Virus record (IMG/VR): IMGVR_UViG_3300010231_000003
Location: 1-64,000 of that record
Source of the DNA: a virus
Direction: 5' to 3' (one strand)
Length of the DNA stretch: 64,000 nucleotides
Positions 23,393 to 30,886 of the stretch are shown here, in pieces (position 1 is the stretch's first letter; the number at the start of each line of letters is the position of its first letter). Made by a program: the position numbers and the translations under genes. The notes beneath the pieces were generated by a model that saw nothing but the letters and a program-made list of their open reading frames with translations, was not told where the DNA came from and ran no database searches.

Positions 23393-23935
23393 CTAAGCCA
23401 TTTCGATAATACGGCATTCTTCGATTACATCGGCCGCATTCATGCGAGCGATATAACCGGGCAATTGAGCGGCAACCCATGCCATTTGATCGTCCGGGAA
23501 TTGCCCGCCATTGCATGCGGCATACATCGATTGTCCGATAGTGTCGGCGTACATCATGATTGCCTCAAGCGAATCATGGCCGAATTCCGCTTGCACTTCT
23601 TTCACGTGGATTGCACCGATGGCGATTTCTTCGGCCGTCGTAAATCCTTTGTTCAGGACGCAATGCAAAACGTCGTGCCAGAACCGGAAAGCGTAGTTTG
23701 CGCCGGGGTTCGTGTAGATCGTCTTATCGCTTTGCCCGTTCCACACTGGCAAGGCCATACGGGACGATTTAGAAGCGTTCCACGCCGTTTTAAGTTCGTC
23801 GTAGTCGTTCGGTGCGTTCGGCACGTCAACGTAGCCAAAACCCACTTTAGCGGCCGTGTCACGCGCTTTCGTGATAACGAAGCTGGACAGGTTGCGGCGT
23901 GCCGCTTCAATGTTATTGATGTGTGCAAAAGTCAT
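23393..23935 (-). CDS. hypothetical protein
   Basis: 180 aa, RBS agggaaacaaa. Confidence 0.6.
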   Translation of the reverse strand: MTFAHINNIEAARRNLSSFVITKARDTAAKVGFGYVDVPNAPNDYDELKTAWNASKSSRMALPVWNGQSDKTIYTNPGANYAFRFWHDVLHCVLNKGFTTAEEIAIGAIHVKEVQAEFGHDSLEAIMMYADTIGQSMYAACNGGQFPDDQMAWVAAQLPGYIARMNAADVIEECRIIEMA

Positions 23936-23967
23936 TTTGTTTCCCTAGTTTTATTGGTTATTCGGAT

Positions 23968-24017
23968 AAGAGAATCCGACATAGCGCACCGTAATGCGCT
24001 ATAGCTGATTAGCTCTT
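23968..24017 (-). repeat. conserved intergenic hairpin element, copy 2
   Basis: Same ~50-nt sequence as 20121-20170, with stem ATAGCGCA/TGCGCTAT. Confidence 0.75.
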
Positions 24018-24303
24018 AATGCGGGTTGCGGAATCCATCGGTATTTTCCGCTTCCATTTCGGCCAGCGTTTGACGGGGCGGACGCTCGAAATGCTCATCC
24101 AATGCCCGTTGCAATTCGATAGCGCATCCGTGCCACGCTTGCCCGGATACCATCGGCGTGTCCAATTTTTCAGGCGTGCTAGCGGCGACGGATTTGGAAT
24201 ACTGTTCCAGCGCTTGCATGATGAATACTTGCATTAGTGCGCCATGATTCGAATATTCCATGATGTGTTTCACGAATTGGATATTGGTCTTACGACGAGC
24301 CAT
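24016..24303 (-). CDS. hypothetical protein
   Basis: 95 aa. Confidence 0.6.
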   Translation of the reverse strand: MARRKTNIQFVKHIMEYSNHGALMQVFIMQALEQYSKSVAASTPEKLDTPMVSGQAWHGCAIELQRALDEHFERPPRQTLAEMEAENTDGFRNPH

Positions 24304-24306
24304 GAT

Positions 24307-24420
24307 TTACTTTCCTTTGATCGATTGAATGAGTGCCATGCGAAACGCTACGCGTCCGGGCATGTCCTGTGCAACCACTTTAGCGGCAGCGGCCGCGTTG
24401 AATGCTGGAATTGGAATCAT
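24307..24420 (-). CDS. possible 37-aa peptide
   Basis: MIPIPAFNAAAAAKVVAQDMPGRVAFRMALIQSIKGK fills the gap between two genes. Not in the ORF track. Confidence 0.3.
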   Translation of the reverse strand: MIPIPAFNAAAAAKVVAQDMPGRVAFRMALIQSIKGK

Positions 24421-24422
24421 GA

Positions 24423-24740
24423 TTAGATCGCGTTTGCAGCGCTAATAAGCGCTTGCATTACAGTGTGCATGTTTTCGTTATATTCCGGGGTTTTACCGGG
24501 CTCATAATAACCATAAGAGATTCGGCCGTAGTCGTATTCAGCCATGACGAATTCTTTAACGTATTGTTCAACGCCAGAATTCCACACACATTCTCTTTTA
24601 GTAATCCCGTCGATATTCCTATCGACATCCGCGAACATTACACGTCCATCCGGCAACACGGTGCATGCAATGCGTTGCCCCTTATCGGAGTATTGACGGC
24701 CAGTGTTAAACACTGTGATACGCGACAGATTGACAGCCAT
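24423..24740 (-). CDS. hypothetical protein
   Basis: 105 aa, RBS aaggggg. Confidence 0.6.
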   Translation of the reverse strand: MAVNLSRITVFNTGRQYSDKGQRIACTVLPDGRVMFADVDRNIDGITKRECVWNSGVEQYVKEFVMAEYDYGRISYGYYEPGKTPEYNENMHTVMQALISAANAI

Positions 24741-24956
24741 TTAAACCCCCTTGTAAGCGATCAATTCGCCGTTGAAATTGTAGATATGCGTAGCGCCGAA
24801 CTTGCGAGCGTCATAGCATTGGAGCCATTCCATTGCGGCCGAATAGCTCCACGCATGATGCATCACTTTGAAATGAGCATTGCGGACAGTGTACGGCGCA
24901 AGGCAATTCACGCTTTCCACGAAAAACGATTTGATTGCGCTTTTGAATTTCTTCAT
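24741..24956 (-). CDS. hypothetical protein
   Basis: 71 aa, RBS agggggaag. Confidence 0.6.
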   Translation of the reverse strand: MKKFKSAIKSFFVESVNCLAPYTVRNAHFKVMHHAWSYSAAMEWLQCYDARKFGATHIYNFNGELIAYKGV

Positions 24957-24977
24957 TACTTCCCCCTAATTAACATC

Positions 24978-25016
24978 GCACGACATAGCGCACAGAATGC
25001 GCTATAGCTTGAAATG
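24978..25016 (-). repeat. intergenic hairpin element, copy 3
   Basis: Stem ATAGCGCA/TGCGCTAT, then AGCTTGAAATGTTAG. Confidence 0.65.
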
Positions 25017-25391
25017 TTAGACCGTCCATCCATCCCGGCCAGCATTGTAATAAAGCATCGACCCATCAGAGAATTTCCAATGATAGATATCGCTTTGTTC
25101 GCCTTTCGATACGCAACGAGCATTTGCCGCGTCACGCATCGTTGCGCTGCTGTATCCGGCCGCTTTGAAGTCAGACAGGAAACGGGCCGCTACTTTCTCA
25201 CGCTCGCACATACGCTTTGCAGTTTCGAAAGCATCCTCATTATCCGTCGTGAAATAATCGGCCGGTTCATAATGCGCGCCACTGATAAACAGTTGGCAAA
25301 CATATTCCTCCGTGCCTCCGTCGTATTTGATTTTGACGATTCGGCCAGTTGTACCGGCATCAGGCAATTGCACAATTTTAATCAGTCGCAT
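25017..25391 (-). CDS. hypothetical protein
   Basis: 124 aa, RBS acggaggtaataaa. Confidence 0.6.
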   Translation of the reverse strand: MRLIKIVQLPDAGTTGRIVKIKYDGGTEEYVCQLFISGAHYEPADYFTTDNEDAFETAKRMCEREKVAARFLSDFKAAGYSSATMRDAANARCVSKGEQSDIYHWKFSDGSMLYYNAGRDGWTV

Positions 25392-25455
25392 TTTATTACC
25401 TCCGTTTTAACATCACATACAAAAGCGCTAACACGTAGCGCTTTAATCTGGAATG

Positions 25456-25632
25456 TCAGTCCTTTACTTCGTGGATATCCATTTGATGGAATTTGCTATT
25501 CAACGGATTAGGATGCGGGTAATTAACGAATGTCGTCAACGCTTCGAACCTCGATTCCGCATACTCGCATGCCGTATAAAGGACATCGTTGTTTTCGCCG
25601 AAAATAACGAATTGGTATTTCTTCATTTTCAT
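25456..25632 (-). CDS. hypothetical small protein (58 aa)
   Basis: Not in the ORF track. MKMKKYQFVIFGENNDVLYTACEYAESRF.. after aaaggagcaatg. Confidence 0.55.
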   Translation of the reverse strand: MKMKKYQFVIFGENNDVLYTACEYAESRFEALTTFVNYPHPNPLNSKFHQMDIHEVKD

Positions 25633-25640
25633 TGCTCCTT

Positions 25641-25844
25641 TTAGATAATGAATTCTTTATGGTTTTTCACGCCGAACAATTCCGCATATTCCATCAATGC
25701 GGCATGTTGCGCTTTGGTACGGCATGCACGAATCAACGCGGACAGTCCACGCGATACAGTGTCTTGCATGTCTCCGAGTTTGTAATAAATCGCGAGTTTT
25801 TGAATCTCTTTCAATTGCGATTTGTTCAAAGCTTCGAGTGCCAT
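25641..25844 (-). CDS. hypothetical protein, first gene of the leftward block
   Basis: 67 aa, RBS taggagattcaaaa. Confidence 0.6.
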   Translation of the reverse strand: MALEALNKSQLKEIQKLAIYYKLGDMQDTVSRGLSALIRACRTKAQHAALMEYAELFGVKNHKEFII

Positions 25845-26005
25845 TTTTGAATCTCCTAAGTGATAAATTCGGAACCGCTATTTCAAACGGTTCCTAGTTT
25901 TATCAACCTAGCTAGGGACGCATCCCGCGTGCCTAGTGTGTTGCGCTATCCTGTAGTCATCCCGACTAGAATTCTTACAGCGCCAATTGTGCGTTAGGCA
26001 TACCA

Positions 26006-26914
26006 TCCCGGCATTCCCTCCGCTTACGCTTCCCGGCATCTTGTGGCACGGGCTCGATAGTCGAGCGTCAATTGTATTTCGTAGGTTGTTAAAGAGCGAA
26101 CTTCCCGGCATCCTCATCCTTGCCTTGCCTGTGCTATCCATCTAGCGGCGTCCGCCACTTCGCACAGGGTAAGCGCCTATGGCTTTGCCCCGTCTCCTTA
26201 GTAGCGTTCTGTACTAAGGAGACTCCATTCTAATGACTCTTCAGGGTATGCGCAATACCCCGCGCAAAATAATTTGTAACAGAGATGCGACACGTGCCGG
26301 ATGCCCAAAAGGAGAAATGCGCCCGCGTGGCGTGCACATGCGTACGCGCACGCGTAGCAAGAACCGTGCCAAGGCCGATTTTCGCATACTGTGTTTTTAT
26401 ACAGTAAAACGCCGTAGAGCCGTTTTTCGGGGTAGGTTGATATGCCGGGATAGGTTGCTGTGGATAACTCAATGTACCCCCCTTAAAACGCGTTTAAACG
26501 GTATGCCATTGTGGATAACTTTTGCCCAAAATCATGCCTTTTCGTGGGCTCGCATGTAAATCGACCTGTTTATTTCTGTAAAATCTACATAAAAATCGCG
26601 TCACAATGGCCGAGTTATCCACAGGCGATTTTGTGTTTTCCCTTTAAAATCAACTACTTGAGTCTTATATAAGAGCACATTTCAGTCTTATATAAGATAT
26701 AGGACTACTCTTATATAAGAGTGCTACATGAGCAACATTTGTTTCTCTCGCTACATCATGGCACGGCGATTGCATAGGCAAGTAGTGTGCCAGCTAGCAC
26801 TACATACCAAACGGCCGGATAGATAGCGCTACGAAACGTTACAGGGTATGCCGGATACCATTCAACATTTGGGCACGGGCTGATACAGTGGGCAATCTGG
26901 CATCCATGCCGGGA
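26006..26914. repeat. TCCCGGCAT iteron-like 9-mers (three direct, two inverted, one degenerate)
   Basis: Perfect copies at 26006, 26031 and 26103 (direct) and at 26442 and 26906 (inverted). A one-mismatch copy lies at 26848. Confidence 0.7.
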
Positions 26915-27248
26915 CAGTAGGCGTTACTTATGGGCAAGTGTGCCCATTGGCCGACTATTGCCGAAAGGAAAAGTATTGCTAGGATGCTAACACTACCTAT
27001 GCCACGTGTTTTGCTATCGATTCCACGCTATCGATAGGATTCGTTGTTTGCTATGGGTTCTTACCAATCGATAGGCTATAGCGATTCCCTATCAGCCGGG
27101 ACCATATGATGGGCGTTTGGCTATCGATTGTGGATAACCTGTCACCGGAGCAACATTGTGGCCGAACGACCGTGCTTTTTGACAAGTTATCCACAGAACG
27201 GGCGTGCTTTTCCGTGGTTATCCACAGGTTATCCACATTTTGTCCACA
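26459..27248. other. putative replication origin: two DnaA-box clusters flanking AT-rich palindromes
   Basis: Perfect TTATCCACA/TGTGGATAA boxes at 26459, 26510, 26615, 27129, 27187, 27218 and 27229, plus TTGTCCACA at 27240. Three CTCTTATATAAGAG-type palindromes lie at 26661-26721, and there are four CTATCGAT repeats at 27013-27128. Confidence 0.7.
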
Positions 27249-27339
27249 AAAAGTACTTTTGAGCAACTTTTCTGCTGCGATGCACCATTTCGGGCAGTTC
27301 CGGGGCAGAGGACGGGGTTTCCTTTTTAAGAAGAGACTC

Positions 27340-27462
27340 AAAAATTCCCCAGTCCCTGTGGAAAATCTGACTTTTGAAATCCAGATCGAATTCCGAAAAT
27401 CTTTCCCAAATGAAAACGCCCCAGCACAGGCCGGGGCGAAATTTTTGCGGAAATTTTTACGG
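27340..27462. repeat. copy A of the duplicated regulatory segment
   Basis: aaaaattccccagtccctgtggaaaatctgacttttgaaatccagatcgaattccgaaaatct.. aligns with 30007-30131. The match is strong over about 65 bp and weaker beyond. Confidence 0.7.
27412..27446. terminator. bidirectional terminator
   Basis: CGCCCC-agcacagg-CCGGGGCG flanked by an A run and a T run. Follows the stop of the 27472 gene on the minus strand. Confidence 0.6.
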
Positions 27463-27471
27463 CGGGGGCCG

Positions 27472-27909
27472 TTACCGGGGAAGCGGATCGACGTAATTTC
27501 CGATGTGCGTGCAGTGGGATGCAACCCATTCTGCCGTAAGGTCTGGACGCTCTTTCCAGCCCCAGTTGCCGACGAAGCAATCGGAGTATCGATGCTCATC
27601 GGACGAGGCCACGGAGCCGTCCCAACGCGTGATATACAGCGTTTCGATAGCGTATTCCTGATCGTCACTCAGACGCGTGGTTTGCCAGCCTGTGACGTAC
27701 GTAGGGCCGGTTGCACGGCTCGAAAGCATGTAGCGAATGAGGGCCGCTTCAAGTGATGCCAGCCTGTCATCAGTTGCCAGCTTGATATCGAATACGTTTC
27801 GGGCTCGATAGGCCATATCATCAAGGGCCAATTGTACCAACTGCTTTTCATGCTCCGTCAGCATTTCGCGATGGGCGAGCGCGTCACGGTCAGCGTGCGA
27901 AAGGGTCAT
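27472..27909 (-). CDS. hypothetical protein
   Basis: 145 aa, RBS gaaggagaatttgt, coding-like composition. Confidence 0.65.
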   Translation of the reverse strand: MTLSHADRDALAHREMLTEHEKQLVQLALDDMAYRARNVFDIKLATDDRLASLEAALIRYMLSSRATGPTYVTGWQTTRLSDDQEYAIETLYITRWDGSVASSDEHRYSDCFVGNWGWKERPDLTAEWVASHCTHIGNYVDPLPR

Positions 27910-27948
27910 ACAAATTCTCCTTCAGGTTGATGAATCTCAAGCATACAG

Positions 27949-27976
27949 TAAAAAATAAATGCCCGCAACAGCGGGC
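27949..27976 (-). terminator. rho-independent terminator
   Basis: Minus strand reads GCCCGC-tgtt-GCGGGC followed by atTTATTTTTT. Confidence 0.6.
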
Positions 27977-27996
27977 CTATACGTAGGTAACACTAC

Positions 27997-28161
27997 TTAC
28001 TGGTACGAGTTGAAGAACTCCGCCTGATCCCGCTTGTCGTTATCACGGGTCCACTGCTTACCGCGTTTCTGCTGCGGTTTCTGTTCCTGCTGTTCGCCAC
28101 GCGGCGGACGCTGGTTGGAGTTCTTGCGCGTGGTACGTTCGAAGTTGAAATTGCCTTGCAT
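27997..28161 (-). CDS. small basic Gln/Arg/Lys-rich protein (54 aa)
   Basis: Not in the ORF track. MQGNFNFERTTRKNSNQRPPRGEQQEQKPQQKRGKQW.. after leader cacaaccaactagggag. Has its own promoter and terminator. Confidence 0.5.
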   Translation of the reverse strand: MQGNFNFERTTRKNSNQRPPRGEQQEQKPQQKRGKQWTRDNDKRDQAEFFNSYQ

Positions 28162-28217
28162 GGTCTTGCTCCCTAGTTGGTTGTGACGCTGAGCGTCGTA
28201 GTTAAGTAGTGCTACGT

Positions 28218-28246
28218 ATGATAATGGCCTACGAAAAACCCGTCAA
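28218..28246 (-). promoter_or_regulatory. sigma70-type promoter (leftward)
   Basis: Minus strand reads TTGACG-ggtttttcgtaggccat(17)-TATCAT. Confidence 0.6.
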
Positions 28247-28475
28247 GGGTTTTGTGTAGAAATCAGAGGGCAGAGGATTTGTTGCGGGGACGCCACACGG
28301 ACAAGCCGAGGGTGACGTTGAGGCGATGCCACGCCGGGACAGGTCGGTTGATGCCGCGCCAGATGGAAGGGATGTCGAGAATGGTTTTCATATCACGTTG
28401 TCGGGGACAGGAGTTGATGGAAATCAAACGATATCACATCATCCTGCCCCGCACAACGGCTAACCCGGAGCGGGC

Positions 28476-29333
28476 TTATTTCTTCTTAGCTGGTGCGGGC
28501 GAGCGTTGGAACTTGCCACCGGCCCCGCGTGTCGTCTTCGTCTGTGCTGGAGCGGGATCGGCCTTTGGTTGCTCTGCCGGAGCCTGTGCGGCTGTCTTCG
28601 TCGCCTCGTCATGCAGCGCCTGTGCCGCCGTGGCGAGCGGATCACTGAGCCCGGTGACTTGAGCCAGCATTTCCTTGCGCCTGCGCAACTCTTCCTGCGA
28701 CTCGCGTTCGATCTGCTGTTCGAATTCGGCCGTGAGTTCCTTGCACGCCTGTTTCGTCGCGTCATAATCCGTGGTAGCGTTCTGGATCGTGGCCGTCAGT
28801 TGAGCCATGCGGGCGTTCAGTTCCTTGATACGGCGGAACATGACAGCGCTCGGAGGCTCGTTAGGATCGATTGCAGGGGCCGTAGAAGCGTTCGAAGCGG
28901 GCAGCGCAGCCGGAACCTCACCAGCCTTCGGTAAATCGCCTGTAGGGCCGCTAGGAGCGTTCTGTGCGTCGATGGGCTTGGCACTGGACTTGCGTTGCGT
29001 AGCCGGAGCCTGTTGCTTGTCTTCGTTCACAACGCTAGCCGGGGCTGCTGCGCCTGCCAGCATGTTAGGAAGCGGACGCGAGGTACGGGGCATACGGTGC
29101 GTGATACGAACGACCTGATCTTGCTTGCCCGTCGCTTGCTTGAAGCGCTCCATCAGTACGCGTTCGTCATCGGCGGACAGGGGCATGGTCATCTTGTAGT
29201 AGTCCAGCGGCATGAACTCCGGTTTGCCGGTTCCTTTCCAAACCTGAATCTTGTTGCCGTTGATCGTATCGCGGAGGAAGACGACCGCAGCCTCTTGTGC
29301 GGGGTCGAAGCGGCAGAGGATATCGGTAGGCAT
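28476..29333 (-). CDS. hypothetical protein with a Pro/Ala-rich linker and coiled coil
   Basis: 285 aa, RBS taggagttacacc, Lys-rich C-terminus. Confidence 0.7.
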   Translation of the reverse strand: MPTDILCRFDPAQEAAVVFLRDTINGNKIQVWKGTGKPEFMPLDYYKMTMPLSADDERVLMERFKQATGKQDQVVRITHRMPRTSRPLPNMLAGAAAPASVVNEDKQQAPATQRKSSAKPIDAQNAPSGPTGDLPKAGEVPAALPASNASTAPAIDPNEPPSAVMFRRIKELNARMAQLTATIQNATTDYDATKQACKELTAEFEQQIERESQEELRRRKEMLAQVTGLSDPLATAAQALHDEATKTAAQAPAEQPKADPAPAQTKTTRGAGGKFQRSPAPAKKK

Positions 29334-30006
29334 GGTGTAACTCCTATAAGGGTTGAGGTTTAGTGTCCGTTTGCTACGAGTGCTGCAAGGACAGTTCGAA
29401 GATTACACCGTTCTGTATGGAATTCAAGGGGGTAAATCAATCGTGTGGGCTCTTTTTGATAAAAATTTGATAACGATGTTGTGACGATACAACGGAACAC
29501 AAAATAAAGTTTGATGTCATTGCCATGTAACACTTCCTTCGACCTACGTGTCCTACGTCACGTAGTCTCGGTCCTACAAATCAACGAGTTACGTACGAAG
29601 GTAGGTAGCACTACTTACATATCGATATGACAGGAGCATTACATATTTACTATCTTTGTTACGTAAATATGGACAGACGTACAGGAGTTTCAATCGTGCG
29701 TCATGACGTGCGCCCAAAATTCGTGTAAAGTGAGAAGTGGGTAGAAGATTACCTGTTCCCAGAAACACGGATTTTCTGCTTAAAAGTTGTTCAAAAAGCT
29801 AGGAAATGTAAGGTTTCCTAGCTGCTGCATTGTCTAAACGGAGGAAAGTTAGCGGATACGTAGTGAAAAGACAACATTGCTTATAACATTTCTTATGAGA
29901 AACATCATAGGGAAGGGAGTTGCTTTACCTAAAGATTTGATGTAGGTAAGCAACATAGTAAGGTGTTTTGTACCTAGGTAGAGCTATCTATATATAAGAA
30001 AGAAGT

Positions 30007-30131
30007 AAAAATTTCCCCATCCCCTGTAGAAATTCTGACTTTTGATTTCCAAATCGATTTCCGAAAATCTACTGGGAACGAAAATAAGTAGCACTACCTG
30101 CTTGACACCGCAAAAAATTTACGGAATAATG
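30007..30131. repeat. copy B of the duplicated regulatory segment
   Basis: aaaaatttccccatcccctgtagaaattctgacttttgatttccaaatcgatttccgaaaatct.. Includes the promoter at 30102. Confidence 0.7.
30102..30130 (+). promoter_or_regulatory. sigma70-type promoter of the rightward replication operon
   Basis: TTGACA-N17-AATAAT, followed by leader caccaaccaaccaaggagagaac. Confidence 0.6.
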
Positions 30132-30161
30132 CGAATCACACCAACCAACCAAGGAGAGAAC

Positions 30162-30548
30162 ATGAACCACAATCAAGCTGTCATCGCAGTCCTGAACAAA
30201 GCACTGACCCTGCTGTGGGACGGTAAAGGTGACGAGTACTACTACGACTCGGACACTCCGGCGTACAAAGAGAAGCACGGTTGCCACGTCGTCACGTGGG
30301 CTGACTCCAGCATCCGCAGGGGCGAAGACATCCTCTTCTCCTGTATTTACTGGCGCGAGGCAGAAGCCGAAGAGCTGGTCGTGGAGCTGCATGCACGGAT
30401 CAAGAAGTACATCGGCGGGTATGACACTGCCGCCCAGTACATCCGCTCTCAGACTGGAGAATGGCCGGATAACGCAACCACGCAAGCCTTCCGCAAGAAG
30501 ATGCTGGAAGAAATCAAGGCCGAGTACGAAGCGAGGGAGGCTGCATAA
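30162..30548 (+). CDS. hypothetical protein (LLWDGKG family)
   Basis: Start moved to ATG 30162 (MNHNQAVIAVLNKALTLLWDGKG..). Paralogous to the next gene. Confidence 0.7.
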   Translation: MNHNQAVIAVLNKALTLLWDGKGDEYYYDSDTPAYKEKHGCHVVTWADSSIRRGEDILFSCIYWREAEAEELVVELHARIKKYIGGYDTAAQYIRSQTGEWPDNATTQAFRKKMLEEIKAEYEAREAA

Positions 30549-30886
30549 TGGCTCGCGAATTCACCACGGAAGAACTCATTCGTATCTGCGTGAAGGCGCG
30601 TACACTCCTGTGGGACGGGAAGGGCCGTCGCCCGGAGAGCAAGGAAGTATATGTGTGCTATGCCTTGTCCTCTGCCAGTGTGAAGCTCTTTAGTCACTGG
30701 CGTCCGGCTGCGCTCACTTCCCTCGTCAAGCAACACATAGGGGACCATACCTCCCTGAATGGCTTTCTCCGTACGAAGCTCGGGGACAGCAAAGTCAACA
30801 GGATGACCAACAAGCAGATTCAGGCGTGGCGCTTCCTGATGCTGGACAACATGATTAAAATGCTTCGTGAAGGAGATAAGAAGTGA
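30548..30886 (+). CDS. hypothetical protein (LLWDGKG family paralogue)
   Basis: 112 aa, shares the ..ARTLLWDGKG.. motif with the upstream gene. Confidence 0.65.
   Translation: MAREFTTEELIRICVKARTLLWDGKGRRPESKEVYVCYALSSASVKLFSHWRPAALTSLVKQHIGDHTSLNGFLRTKLGDSKVNRMTNKQIQAWRFLMLDNMIKMLREGDKK

Noticed and set aside
25870-26225. Hairpins GGAACCG..CGGTTCC (25870-25893) and GTCTCCTTAGTA..TACTAAGGAGAC (26194-26225) as terminators or as the promoter of the leftward block.
   Set aside because: Neither is followed by a U tract on either strand, and no -35/-10 pair with proper spacing was found nearby. Their role is unassigned, and the promoter of the 25844 operon was not located.
26230-27756. ORFs overlapping the ori-like region: 26230-26472 minus, 26233-26559 plus, 27051-27668 minus and 27106-27756 plus.
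   Set aside because: They are built from DnaA boxes and repeats, lack RBSs and have unnatural composition. Only 27472-27909 (minus) has an RBS and coding-like codons.
28263-28391. Possible 42-aa minus-strand ORF (MKTILDIPSIWRGINRPVPAW..) between the 28476 gene and the promoter at 28218.
   Set aside because: No Shine-Dalgarno sequence precedes the ATG and the frame is short. It was left unannotated.
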